A DNA stretch of 64,000 nucleotides from Candidatus Latescibacterota bacterium (GTDB lineage: Bacteria; Latescibacterota; UBA2968; GCA-2709665): the NCBI GenBank assembly GCA_965203805.1, contig OZ241917.1, forward strand, positions 2,720,001 to 2,784,000, read 5' to 3'. How positions within the stretch are numbered: the stretch's first letter is position 1; every line of letters starts with the position of its first letter. A program made the position numbers and the translations under genes. The notes under the pieces are model-generated. The model searched no databases. It was not told the origin of the DNA and was given only the letters and a program-made list of their open reading frames with translations. This document shows, in pieces, positions 20,455 to 30,255 of this stretch.

Positions 20455-20655
20455 TCAGTCGCCGAAATAATCGGCGATGGCTTCTGCAATTTTCATGCCA
20501 ATCCATCTTGACATGAAACGCGGCCCCAAAGGTGGCACACCAATTCCACCCGATGCATTCGCCATCTCACGCCGCACAAGATTGGTTTCCCGGCCTGGAA
20601 GTTGGGCGCAGGTCGCGACGGCTAGCGCGGGCTGCAACTGAATTCGATCTGTCAT
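20455..20655 (-). CDS. Double-glycine-leader precursor peptide 2 (37-aa leader, 29-aa core)
   Basis: RBS GGAG; leader ends LPGRETNLVRREMANASGG; core IGVPPLGPRFMSRWIGMKIAEAIADYFGD. Confidence 0.72.
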   Translation of the reverse strand: MTDRIQLQPALAVATCAQLPGRETNLVRREMANASGGIGVPPLGPRFMSRWIGMKIAEAIADYFGD

Positions 20656-20736
20656 TTCTCCACGTCCTTTCTGTATTGTTTCTGGCACGAACACGTGAGT
20701 TTTCAATCCAGACTTAACCTGACTGCTTCAACTCCA

Positions 20737-20940
20737 CTACAGTGTACGGCTCGACCTGTCCGGCTCCGGCAAGGTTACGCCGAATATTTCAGCGACCCAA
20801 TTTCTGAGAAGGCGGCCCAGCCCGGCGTCGCCGCCGGAAATTCGTGCGGTCTGCCCTGCGGTCAGGTCTTCCGTCTGAACCGGCAGACGGGCCGGAACTT
20901 CGTGAGACGCCGCAGGGCTCGATGCGATTCTTCTGTTCAT
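20737..20940 (-). CDS. Double-glycine-leader precursor peptide 3 (37-aa leader, 30-aa core)
   Basis: RBS AAAGGAGGTG; leader ends LPVQTEDLTAGQTARISGG; core DAGLGRLLRNWVAEIFGVTLPEPDRSSRTL. Confidence 0.75.
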   Translation of the reverse strand: MNRRIASSPAASHEVPARLPVQTEDLTAGQTARISGGDAGLGRLLRNWVAEIFGVTLPEPDRSSRTL

Positions 20941-21352
20941 GTCTTTCACCTCCTTTCGTCGGCATCCTCGCGACGTCCGGACAATCGTGTTGCCCCTCCG
21001 ATAACCGGATTCGCGTCGCGCAGATGCATTGATGTCCGAAGCGTCTGTAACCCTTCTTCCTCCCGCGGCATACGCCCCGCGGGAGGCGGCTTCGGCTTTG
21101 AACCAAAGGGTGCGTTTTGCCACGGAACGCGAGCGCGGTCCGCAACGCTGTCGATGCATTGGAACCGCAAGGACTGTGCCACTCGCGACACCCCCCGGCA
21201 TAACTGACTGGCCTGCAAATGCGAATCGATTTGAAGACTTCCGGGAGGCCGATGTCTCTCGGCGAATCGTTGAAATATGTGTTCCATTCTGCGTCACTCG
21301 GGTGAAACCATGTTGCCTTTGGCGCCTCAGAGACCCTGTCTGGAACCGGCAC

Positions 21353-21384
21353 AAAAAAACACCGGCGACATAGGTCACCGGTGT
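21353..21384 (-). terminator. Rho-independent terminator in the region upstream of the precursor genes
   Basis: Minus strand ACACCGGTGAC-CTAT-GTCGCCGGTGT followed by a T run. Confidence 0.65.
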
Positions 21385-21655
21385 ATTCATTGAAAACATA
21401 GAGGGGTTACGTCATCTCGCGTTCCGCCGAGGTTGATCAGAGAGGCAAGAAGTCAACGAGAAGCGAAGGGGACCCGTGATCGGCCCATTCAAAACGACTG
21501 AATTCCAGTTGCCGAACTTCCGGGATATCGTTAAACTTGGGACAACGTTGTCAATCTTTCAGCGGAACGTACGTCAGAAATGTTCCTTCAGTCTCCAGAT
21601 TTATCGTTCACATACCGGGCTGCGGCCCTACACGATCTGCAACCGATCGATAACC

Positions 21656-22099
21656 ATGCCTCAATTCGGCAAATATCTGTCTCCAACGTTCGGAAAATTC
21701 CTGGTCACCGGTCTGGGCGGCGTGTTTGTCAACCTCGGTTCGTTTCAACTGATGCTCACGCTCGGCGTGCACCCGCTGCTGGCGTCGCCGATAGCGATCG
21801 AGCTGTCGATCATCTCCAATTTCCTCCTCAACAACTACTGGACCTTCCGCGACCGCTCGCTGTCCGGAAGACGACGGATTCGGGGTTTGAAGTATCATAT
21901 TGTTTCGTTTGTGACGCTGTTGCTGAGCTACGGCACCTTCGTGTTGCTCTCCGTGTTGTTCACGGATGTGCCGCTGATCATCCTGCAGGGATGCGCGATC
22001 GCCCCGGCCGGCGTGCTGAACTACTCCGCCAACTCGCTCTGGACGTTTCGCGAGGAAACTCGCGAGGGTCGAGACGACGTCCGGGGCGGAACGGGATGA
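21656..22099 (+). CDS. GtrA family membrane protein
   Basis: KFLVTGLGGVFVN, SNFLLNNYWTFRD and LNYSANSLWTF motifs; four TM helices. Confidence 0.88.
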   Translation: MPQFGKYLSPTFGKFLVTGLGGVFVNLGSFQLMLTLGVHPLLASPIAIELSIISNFLLNNYWTFRDRSLSGRRRIRGLKYHIVSFVTLLLSYGTFVLLSVLFTDVPLIILQGCAIAPAGVLNYSANSLWTFREETREGRDDVRGGTG

Positions 22100-22322
22100 C
22101 GGAATACCCGAATCCCCGTGTGCCCTCCTCCCGCTAGTCTCGGCTCCCGTTGCCTCTAACTCGTCTGAAATACGTGGATTACTTCCCCACTTCATTCACA
22201 GAGAAGCCTTGTGACTCGGGCCGATCGGACGCCTGTTCCAACGTAAAGCGGGGCGCATGAATTATCGTTAACAAGAGAGGACCGGCGAACGCAACAGGGG
22301 TGATTTTTCTTACTGCAATCAC

Positions 22323-22351
22323 TTGACACGGCGGAACAGGGTGGGTATTAT
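22323..22351 (+). promoter_or_regulatory. sigma70 promoter for the two-gene PIN operon
   Basis: TTGACA-17 nt-TATTAT. Confidence 0.65.
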
Positions 22352-22435
22352 CAAGGCGCGACCAGGATCGCAACCGCCTGACGATTCCGATAGATGAATG
22401 GGTAGGTTTTCCACGGGGTAGAAGCCAGTCGCGTC

Positions 22436-22903
22436 GTGGAGGTCCATACAGTGAGAAATGTCGATATTGCGGTGACCGGCGCCGATGGAACACTCCAGCT
22501 CGTCCTGGAAATCAAGAACGTGCCGGGTGCAACTGCCGAGTGGGTCATCCTGATGCGTCGCAACTTGCTTGCCCATTCGTTTCTGCCTCCGGCGCCATTC
22601 TTCCTGCTTGTGCTCCCGGACTTTTTGTACCTCTGGACAGGGTCCTCTACGTTAGATGGTTTGGCAAAACCTGACTATAAAATCGAAACCTCCGAAATGC
22701 TCGCGCCATATCTTAAATATAACCAATCCCTTATTGAACTAAGTCGATATGGGCTGGAAATGCTTACGGTGTCGTGGCTGGAAGATATACTTCATGCTGA
22801 CCTGAGACGAGACTCGGTTGACGGCAATCTCAGATGGATTTTTGACTCGGGGTTATATAGAGCAATTACAAACGGTTCCCTGGAACTCGAAGCGATGACA
22901 TGA
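22436..22903 (+). CDS. Hypothetical protein with a PD-(D/E)xK-like N-terminus
   Basis: VDIAV...LVLEIK motif; overlaps the following PIN gene (ATGA). Confidence 0.65.
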   Translation: MEVHTVRNVDIAVTGADGTLQLVLEIKNVPGATAEWVILMRRNLLAHSFLPPAPFFLLVLPDFLYLWTGSSTLDGLAKPDYKIETSEMLAPYLKYNQSLIELSRYGLEMLTVSWLEDILHADLRRDSVDGNLRWIFDSGLYRAITNGSLELEAMT

Positions 22904-23505
22904 TTGTATACCTTGAGTCAAATTTCGTACTTGAACTGGCATTTCTTCAAGCCGAGCATGAACATTGCTCGGCACTTTTGCGTCTATCGGAATCGGGAGA
23001 GATTCGCCTGGTTTTACCGGCATTCAGCATCGGTGAACCGTACGAAACGTGGGTGCGCCGCTCGAAGCGAAGACGAGACGTCCACGAGGAGTTGACTACC
23101 GCAATTCGAGAACTTTCCCGGTCAAGTCCTTACGAACGGGTAACCGACCATTTCCACGAACTCACTGGAATACTGATCCGAAGTGGTGAGGAGGAGAAGC
23201 GCCGTTTGGATGAAACCCTGGAAGACATCCTGAGAACCGTTGAAGTAATACCGATTGGATTGAGCATTATCAGAGCGGCCATAAATTACCAAAGGAAGCT
23301 AACCCTTTCGCCGCAAGATTCGATAGTTTACGCTTCGGTTCTCGATCACCTGAATCCAGAATCATCCGAGCCAGGCTGTTTCATAACCACGAACTCAAGA
23401 GATTTCGCCAATCCGGACATCGAAACCGAACTTACTGACCACAACTGCCGGCTGCTGACAAAATTCGCCGACGGCGTGGGGTATATCCGAAGTCAGTTGT
23501 CGTGA
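22900..23505 (+). CDS. PIN-domain protein
   Basis: VYLESNFVLE, QDSIVYAS and FITTNSRDF acidic PIN motifs. Confidence 0.82.
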   Translation: MIVYLESNFVLELAFLQAEHEHCSALLRLSESGEIRLVLPAFSIGEPYETWVRRSKRRRDVHEELTTAIRELSRSSPYERVTDHFHELTGILIRSGEEEKRRLDETLEDILRTVEVIPIGLSIIRAAINYQRKLTLSPQDSIVYASVLDHLNPESSEPGCFITTNSRDFANPDIETELTDHNCRLLTKFADGVGYIRSQLS

Positions 23506-23566
23506 TTGGAATTCATCCGCGCCTTGTCGGCACGACTGCTGACCTATGATCAGGCCGCGCGGTTCC

Positions 23567-23980
23567 TCAGCCGTGTATCCCGTCCAGCTCCGGCAGCAGC
23601 CGGACGCTTTCCTGCTCGTTCGGATCTGTGCGGGCGATCACGGCGGTGCAGCTCTCGGTCTCGCTGGCATTGTACGGCAGGTGGGGTACGCCGGGCGGGA
23701 TGTAGACAAAATCGCCGCTGTTGACGGACACGTGCTCCTCCAGGTTGTCTCCGTACCACATTCCTGAACGGCCGCTGATGACGTAGACGGCGGTCTCGTG
23801 GTCATCGTGCAGGTGTGCCCTGGCGCGTTCGCCGGGTGGGATGGACAGCAGGTGCATGCATAAACCGCGCGCGCCGGTGTTCTCGGCCATGACACCCTCG
23901 CGATAGGTAAATTCCTGCTTGCCCGTGTATTGTTTCCGCGATCGAATCAGCTTGCATGTCGGGGCGGTTGTCGACGGCAT
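23567..23980 (-). CDS. Cupin domain protein
   Basis: AHLHxxHE and GDFVYIPPGVPH motifs. Confidence 0.88.
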   Translation of the reverse strand: MPSTTAPTCKLIRSRKQYTGKQEFTYREGVMAENTGARGLCMHLLSIPPGERARAHLHDDHETAVYVISGRSGMWYGDNLEEHVSVNSGDFVYIPPGVPHLPYNASETESCTAVIARTDPNEQESVRLLPELDGIHG

Positions 23981-24052
23981 GATTTCAATCTCCCGGATTC
24001 AATGGTAGATGCGAATCGATACTGGCGGGTTCAGAAATTTCCGGCTTTCCGC

Positions 24053-24820
24053 TCATGTCTTCACCGCCCGACAACAGAAAACCGGCCAGTAAAACGCGAA
24101 GTCGTCGTCGCCCGAACGGCGAATCCCGAACTCGCTCTTGACCTTCTCCGGCGCGGCGGCAAAGTCCCGGTGCAATCCCTCAGAGGCCGCTGCAGGTGTC
24201 CCGGACCTGTCAACCCACTCCCGAAGCGTCATGTTCACCCGTGTGGCCGCGTCATGCGTGATGTCGAAGCCCGTGTCGGTCACGTAGCTGCGCCACTCCG
24301 ACGGTGACGCCGCCGTTGCATGCGTTGGGTCGCGCGCGACCTCGACCCGATGATGCCATGCGGCAACGGCGGGGTTTTCCGACGTCGTCGTGTCGCACAG
24401 CAGAAAGACACCTCCGGATCTCAACACCCGGTGGACCTCTGACAGAAACCTCCCGACGTCCTGAAAATGGTGAGGCGCGGTCCGGCAGGTGACCAGATCG
24501 ATCGATGCGTCCTGATACGGGATATCGCCCGCATCGATCGTCTCGAACCGGACGTTTGCAATGCCGCGTTCCGCCGCGAGCCTTCGGGCCTGCTCCAGCA
24601 TCCCCCGCGCGATGTCCGAAGCGACGATTGTGTCACAGAACGCCGCAACCGCGAACGCGGTAAATCCGGGACCGGTGGCGATGTCCAGACCCAGCCTGTA
24701 GCGATCGAGCGATGCCCACGCCTGCATGATGCACAGACTCTCGCCCGACGAATGCGCTTCGCTCACCGCGTATTTCGCCGCCTGGCGATGAAACTGCTCT
24801 CCAGCTGAATTCAATCGCAT
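24053..24820 (-). CDS. Class I SAM-dependent methyltransferase
   Basis: LDIATGPG, DLVTCRTAPHHF and RVLRSGG motifs. Confidence 0.88.
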   Translation of the reverse strand: MRLNSAGEQFHRQAAKYAVSEAHSSGESLCIMQAWASLDRYRLGLDIATGPGFTAFAVAAFCDTIVASDIARGMLEQARRLAAERGIANVRFETIDAGDIPYQDASIDLVTCRTAPHHFQDVGRFLSEVHRVLRSGGVFLLCDTTTSENPAVAAWHHRVEVARDPTHATAASPSEWRSYVTDTGFDITHDAATRVNMTLREWVDRSGTPAAASEGLHRDFAAAPEKVKSEFGIRRSGDDDFAFYWPVFCCRAVKT

Positions 24821-24889
24821 TTCCGAAGTTGAGATTTCGACATGAAAATGAGCGCCAATGATCCGGTACGGCCGCCGCCCCCATGCCGT

Positions 24890-26026
24890 TCACGCCGCGC
24901 CCAGGACCTCCCGCAGGCGGCGGGCGACGGCGCCCAGGTCTTCGTCCGTCAACGTGGGCACCGACACGTGGAGCGCGTTTGCGCTGTCCCCGAGAACGAT
25001 GCCCGGCCGTCCGGCCTTCAATTCGTCCAGGACCTGTGACCGGGTTTTTCCTACAGCGTTCTCATCGAACCGGATCAGCAGCCCGCTGCCGAGGCCGCGT
25101 CTTTCGGTGACGTGTTCGACTTCGATATCCGAAACTCCCTCCAACTTGCGGAATAGTTCGTCCGCCTTGCGCCGGTGATCGGCAAACCGCGCCTCGTGGT
25201 CCATTTCGAACCACTCCTTCAGGGCGGCCGTGACGGCGATCACCTCCTGGCGGTCCACCTTCATGGGACGTCCCACCGTGCGCCGTTCCTCGGTCTCGAA
25301 TCCGATGAAACCCTGCGTGAAGGCCGCGTCCACCAGGTCCTTCCGTCCGCACATGATCCCCGTGGAGTTGCACGACCCGAAATATTTCGCGCCGTACCCC
25401 ACCACGTCCGCGCCCATCCGGGGGTACCTGCACATCACGTCCAGCGGGAATATCTGGGAGGCCGCATCCACGATCACCGGAATGCCATGGTCCTTTGCAA
25501 TCGCCATCGCGTCTTCCAGCGGAACGACCCCCTCCCCTCCTCCGGGGGCGACGTAGAGCAGGCCGGCCGTGCGCTCGGTCATCGCCGTCCTCAACTGGCT
25601 CCCGGTAGTGCCCGACGCGTCGCCTACCTCTACCAGTTTCCCGCCGTACACAGTCACACAGCGTTCATACTTGTAACGCTGCCTGGCCTGAATCAGAAAC
25701 TCGTCGCGCATCCCCGTTGTATCGGGCAGCCGCTCCATCTTTCCGGTGTCGTTGCCCGTCATGCACGCCGCCGACCCCAGCGAAAGCACCGAGGCGCATC
25801 CGGGCGTAACCAGCGCCGCCTCCGCCCCCAGCATCCCGGCGATCACCTCGCCCGAACGCTTCAGCAGTTCCTTCATATCCACAAAATACCGGTTCGCGTC
25901 CTGCATGGCCCGGAGCACCCCCGGAGACAGCCGCGAGCCGCCCAGTACCGTCTGGCTGCCCATCGCGTTGATCACAGGGTTCACGCCCAGGTCTTCGTAG
26001 ATCCTGCGTCCTCTTTCGCTGTCCAT
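24890..26026 (-). CDS. SelA-like/DgaE family PLP-dependent enzyme
   Basis: VINAMGxxTxLGGS, VIVDAAS, GAKYFG and GRPMKVDRQE motifs. Probable start is MDSERG at 26026. Confidence 0.8.
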   Translation of the reverse strand: MDSERGRRIYEDLGVNPVINAMGSQTVLGGSRLSPGVLRAMQDANRYFVDMKELLKRSGEVIAGMLGAEAALVTPGCASVLSLGSAACMTGNDTGKMERLPDTTGMRDEFLIQARQRYKYERCVTVYGGKLVEVGDASGTTGSQLRTAMTERTAGLLYVAPGGGEGVVPLEDAMAIAKDHGIPVIVDAASQIFPLDVMCRYPRMGADVVGYGAKYFGSCNSTGIMCGRKDLVDAAFTQGFIGFETEERRTVGRPMKVDRQEVIAVTAALKEWFEMDHEARFADHRRKADELFRKLEGVSDIEVEHVTERRGLGSGLLIRFDENAVGKTRSQVLDELKAGRPGIVLGDSANALHVSVPTLTDEDLGAVARRLREVLGAA

Positions 26027-26160
26027 ACCCACCTCTTGTACGGGAAACATCCGTCGCGAAGACTGAAAATCGGCGGCGCCATTCGCTTCTGACACCGCCG
26101 ACAAGATAGCTTTGACAAATTAACCGATCAATTCCTTTCTGACAGCAGACCATACGACAA

Positions 26161-26186
26161 AGGGCGACCACAAGGGTCGCCCGTAC
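26161..26186. repeat. REP-like palindrome, copy 1
   Basis: GGGCGACC-ACAAG-GGTCGCCC; identical 22-mer at 32124-32145. Confidence 0.7.
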
Positions 26187-26322
26187 GAAGCATCGGCAAA
26201 CCGCCGGATGGCTCCACCCGTACGGATTGTGGATTCCACCAATTCTTCATCTGAACTCAGTTGAAACCCGGTGCTGTATACCTTCTCTCTCTCACGACAC
26301 GATCCCCTGACGTTGAGGTCAT

Positions 26323-28371
26323 TTAATGGTCTAAACCTGGAATACCGGATTCGAAGAGATACGCAAGTTTCGCGAATACGGCTCGATTACCCGGCCGGCC
26401 ATCCACGAATACGAAGTAAAAATGGCTTTCCGGGGTGAATTCGTAATCGAAGAGCGCATTGAAACTCAGGGACGCTTCATCTTGCAACCGTTCATCGATA
26501 TGCTCAATATAAATGCGCCAGCCGACCCGTCGAGTGAGCTGGTAGTTGCCGCGGAGCCGGAATACGATCGTGTTGCGAAATGAATTCCACGAAAGATAGC
26601 CAAGATCGACGTCCGCGGTAGTTTTGCCCAAGAGGTTGAGACCTGCAGAGAAACTCGAATATCGGCTGATTTCTCCTCGACGAAGCCCGATTCGACTGAA
26701 CATCCTGAGGTGCCACCGTTGTGCGGTGTATTTTATCTCTGAACCAATAAACCTGGAATCGAACAGTTCATCGACCTCGCGCAGGGCATTGAGTCCACCG
26801 AACGTGGAGAAATCAACTCGCCCAATTTCGACTTCGAACCGTAACTCGCTACGTCTTTCCCTCAGCTGCTGCTGTGCGTTGGTTTGGTATGCGTGGTACA
26901 TTCCAGCCGTCAATGACTGCACGAGGCTTGTCTCCGGCAACACGTAACTGTATCCCGCGCGTACACGTTTGCGATGGAATGCGTCATCTTCGAGACCAAT
27001 CTCATTGGGACGAAAGCCGTCTTGTATTTCCTCAATCCCGGTCTGGGCCATCCAACCTTCATGAATCCACGTCAGCGCGTGGTGGTACGCGCGATGGGCC
27101 TGGCCGCCAATGGAATTGACGGCAAATTGGGACGTTGCAGTCAAGTCTCTACGAAATCCAAAACGACCATTGAGAGACAGAAGCAACACCTCTCTGTCTG
27201 CCTGGTGTTTTTGGGCTCCCATGAATCCAACGACTGTTCGCTTACCAATGTCCCAGTTAACGCGACCGCCCACGAGATTCGCCTGCTTTTTCCGATCCTC
27301 ATCGTATCGGTCGATCATCTTTCCGTAAGTGTTGATCACCGCAAAATTGGCAGCTCGAAATCTGCCGGCTATCTTTGTCCCAATATCGATCTCCTGAACG
27401 CGGCGGGTATAGAACAGGTTCAGGGGCAACTTGAACAGATCGGCGCCCTCCCTGAAAAATGGCCTGCGTTCCGGGAGTGACAGCTCCCGGTCGTCAGTAA
27501 TGTTGATTCGCGTCGGGTCGCTTTCCAACTGAGAAAAGTCGGGGTTGAACGTCACATTCGAGGTAAAGTGGGTCGAGACCGGGACAATGAAGTCCACTCC
27601 CCCGTCGAAATCATCCTGATGGTCATCTATCGAACGATAAGTGGCGTAGGGAAGAATGCCGATTTTCGGTTCTATGTGGATTGATCCAAGATTCAATCCC
27701 GTCAGATCGCCGAATTCGGACACGCGGCCGAAATATGCAGTCGGCGCCCAGGAATAGGATTGACCGTTTATCGGATGTGTCCTCCAAAAGTTGATCCCCC
27801 ACGTCGTTTTGTCAGGATCAAATCGGAGGACTCGAAACGGGATCGCGAATTCGGCGGTCCATCCAAGTCGGTGTTTCCTTACCCTTGATTCCCATACGGC
27901 ATCCCAACTCATATCGAAAACACTCTCGTTACTTATCCGTTGGTCCATCTGTGTGCCAAGTGTATTTGTCGCAAAAACGTAACAATTGCGACGGTCGCGA
28001 TAAGTGTCCAGCATCACTTCTACGCAGTCATTGTGCCACACACGGGAATCCCGTCGGGTCATTGTTTCCCGCAGATTCCCCATCTCCGGTTCGTCACAGT
28101 AGATGCCGATATAGAGCGCTTCATCGTCGTACAGGATTCTGACTTCAGTTTTCAGGCTCGATGGGTGAATACTTCCCTCCTTTACACGGAAAAAGCCGGT
28201 CGCAATCGACGCTTGTTGCCATACGGCATCGGAAAGATCGCCATCTATAACCGGTGCGGTTTTCACCCTTACGGCCTGAGCGGCCCGGGTCCGGTCCCGA
28301 TCGTCAGCCCACGTCGATACCGGCAAGAACAACGTTACGACGATACTGCAAATGTGTACCCACTGTTTCAT
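26323..28371 (-). CDS. Secreted/outer-membrane DUF5916-like protein with a CBM9-like N-terminal domain
   Basis: Signal peptide, PVIDGDLSD-W, WTAEFAIPF, NPDFSQLESD and ERRPFFREG motifs; beta-rich C-terminus. Confidence 0.8.
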   Translation of the reverse strand: MKQWVHICSIVVTLFLPVSTWADDRDRTRAAQAVRVKTAPVIDGDLSDAVWQQASIATGFFRVKEGSIHPSSLKTEVRILYDDEALYIGIYCDEPEMGNLRETMTRRDSRVWHNDCVEVMLDTYRDRRNCYVFATNTLGTQMDQRISNESVFDMSWDAVWESRVRKHRLGWTAEFAIPFRVLRFDPDKTTWGINFWRTHPINGQSYSWAPTAYFGRVSEFGDLTGLNLGSIHIEPKIGILPYATYRSIDDHQDDFDGGVDFIVPVSTHFTSNVTFNPDFSQLESDPTRINITDDRELSLPERRPFFREGADLFKLPLNLFYTRRVQEIDIGTKIAGRFRAANFAVINTYGKMIDRYDEDRKKQANLVGGRVNWDIGKRTVVGFMGAQKHQADREVLLLSLNGRFGFRRDLTATSQFAVNSIGGQAHRAYHHALTWIHEGWMAQTGIEEIQDGFRPNEIGLEDDAFHRKRVRAGYSYVLPETSLVQSLTAGMYHAYQTNAQQQLRERRSELRFEVEIGRVDFSTFGGLNALREVDELFDSRFIGSEIKYTAQRWHLRMFSRIGLRRGEISRYSSFSAGLNLLGKTTADVDLGYLSWNSFRNTIVFRLRGNYQLTRRVGWRIYIEHIDERLQDEASLSFNALFDYEFTPESHFYFVFVDGRPGNRAVFAKLAYLFESGIPGLDH

Positions 28372-28425
28372 CGTGTGAACCGATTCAATCGCTTTAACCT
28401 CCCAATGAACGAGTGTTTGGGATTT

Positions 28426-30255
28426 TTATCCGCTTGCTTGCGAGTTTAAATCTCCGTGCCACAGCCGCTGCATCTCTTCGCAGTTTTCGAGGAGAGCGTC
28501 CAATGTACCCTCCGCGCAGATGCGCCCGTCCTTGAGGACGATGATATTGTCGGCGCGCCGCAAGGCGGCTCGACGATGCGATACCAAGAGATACGTGCCG
28601 ACGTAGGGGGCGGTCGCGGTCAACCCCCGCTGGTCAAATACCCGCTCCCACAATACCCGCTCCGTCTCGACGTCGAGGGCGCTGGAGAGGTCGTCGAACA
28701 CGACCAGTTCCGGTTCACGCACAAACGTCCGCGCGGCTGCCGTCCGAAGAACCTGCCCGCCTGAGAGTTTTGCGCCACTCGGCCCAATCAACGTATCCAA
28801 TCCGTTTCCAAGCGCCTCCAAATCGTCTTCCATCACAGCCTTGCCAATTGCCGCAGGGAGATCAACACGATCTTCACGCAACCCCAGAAGAATGTTGTCT
28901 CGAAGCGTGTCGCTGAACAGGCGCGGAACCTGGGGCGTATATGCACATCGCGGAGGGACGAGGAACGACGCCGGGTGCGGCACGTGCTCGCCATTCCAGT
29001 AGATGTCTCCCGCATCCCCGGGCAGGTAACCCAACAGGGACTCCAGAAGCGTGGTCTTGCCGGATCCAATTTGTCCGGTGATCACCGTTACGGTCCCGGC
29101 TTCCAGAAACAGATCTATCCCTTCGATTCCCCGTCGGGTCTCCGGATGACGATAGCTCAAGCCTTCCACGCACAGGTGCCGTAAAGAGTGAAACCTCATT
29201 TTTCTGATATACGGAACGGGTGGAAGATCACCCCGCAGGTAAGCCGGGCCGGGTCGGACAAGGGTATCTTGAGCAATGCCCGGCAACAGTTCACGGAGTC
29301 GCTCGAAGGAAACGCAGGCCTGTTTGTGCGCGGCCAACAACGCTCCCAGGCGGTCTGCAAATGCCAAAACGGTAAATTCACCCATGGCGATGTAACTGAC
29401 AAACAGCGCGAAATCACCGACGGTAAAGTCCCCTTCTCTCATCCGTTCGGCGGCAAATATCAGAATTACGCCGGTCGCCAGGTTGATTGTCGTGGAATTC
29501 ATCGATGCCAGCAGCCGGTTGAAGAGCCGTTCCCTGATTGCCGCTCTACGCCTTGCTTCGTTCAGCCCGTCGAAACGCAGGACGGCGTGCGTCTCGCTGT
29601 CTGCAGCCTTTACTGCCAGTACCGCCGCGAAGAGATCTCCGAGGAATCCAGTGACGCGGCCCGTGCTTTCCCGGCTTTCATGCCTGTATGACCTGATTCG
29701 CCTTCCCAATCCGTTTGCAAGGAGTAAAATAGCTGTCATCGGTATGAATGCCATAAGCGTGATATACCGATTGACACTCAAGAGCACGGCCAAGGCAAAC
29801 ACGGCGGCGAGCGCATTCCCGGTGAGAGAGAGTAAATTGGTTATGGGGGCCACCGCGCCATCGATATCGTCATCCAATCGGTTGACGATATCGCCCGACC
29901 CATGTTCGGCACGGCTTTGCGCGTCCTGCAGGAGACTCTCGAACAGATTCGCGCGGATACGTGTCTTCAGTTTCCCCTCGAAATACGCGTAGGTCGCGGC
30001 ATATCCCTGCTCGGCGACCTGCACGGCGAATCGGGTGGCAAGAAAGAGGATCACAAGGGTCGAGATACCGAAGCGGACATCCGTGTCCCGTGTCAGGGCG
30101 TTGAAGAACTCACGCAGGATCAGGCCGACGATCAGGGGAAACCCGAAATAGCCCAGAGACAGGATGACACCAAGCAAGAAAAGCCAGGGACTGAATCGTA
30201 TCAGCGCCAGGTAATACGGGCCCCTGCCTGCTGCCTCTTGGACTGTTGATATCAC
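28426..30255 (-). CDS. ABC exporter, fused TMD-NBD (heterodimer subunit)
   Basis: [13 protein letters not shown] and DDLSSALD (degenerate Walker B). Confidence 0.92.
   Translation of the reverse strand: MISTVQEAAGRGPYYLALIRFSPWLFLLGVILSLGYFGFPLIVGLILREFFNALTRDTDVRFGISTLVILFLATRFAVQVAEQGYAATYAYFEGKLKTRIRANLFESLLQDAQSRAEHGSGDIVNRLDDDIDGAVAPITNLLSLTGNALAAVFALAVLLSVNRYITLMAFIPMTAILLLANGLGRRIRSYRHESRESTGRVTGFLGDLFAAVLAVKAADSETHAVLRFDGLNEARRRAAIRERLFNRLLASMNSTTINLATGVILIFAAERMREGDFTVGDFALFVSYIAMGEFTVLAFADRLGALLAAHKQACVSFERLRELLPGIAQDTLVRPGPAYLRGDLPPVPYIRKMRFHSLRHLCVEGLSYRHPETRRGIEGIDLFLEAGTVTVITGQIGSGKTTLLESLLGYLPGDAGDIYWNGEHVPHPASFLVPPRCAYTPQVPRLFSDTLRDNILLGLREDRVDLPAAIGKAVMEDDLEALGNGLDTLIGPSGAKLSGGQVLRTAAARTFVREPELVVFDDLSSALDVETERVLWERVFDQRGLTATAPYVGTYLLVSHRRAALRRADNIIVLKDGRICAEGTLDALLENCEEMQRLWHGDLNSQASG

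Noticed and set aside
20737-21399. 220-aa ORF as a single protein
   Set aside because: Only the last 67 aa follow a strong RBS and match the precursor pattern; the extension crosses a terminator.
24890-26026. True selA linked functionally to selD
   Set aside because: Short SelA-like/DgaE-type protein, 29 kb from selD, with no selB or selC nearby.
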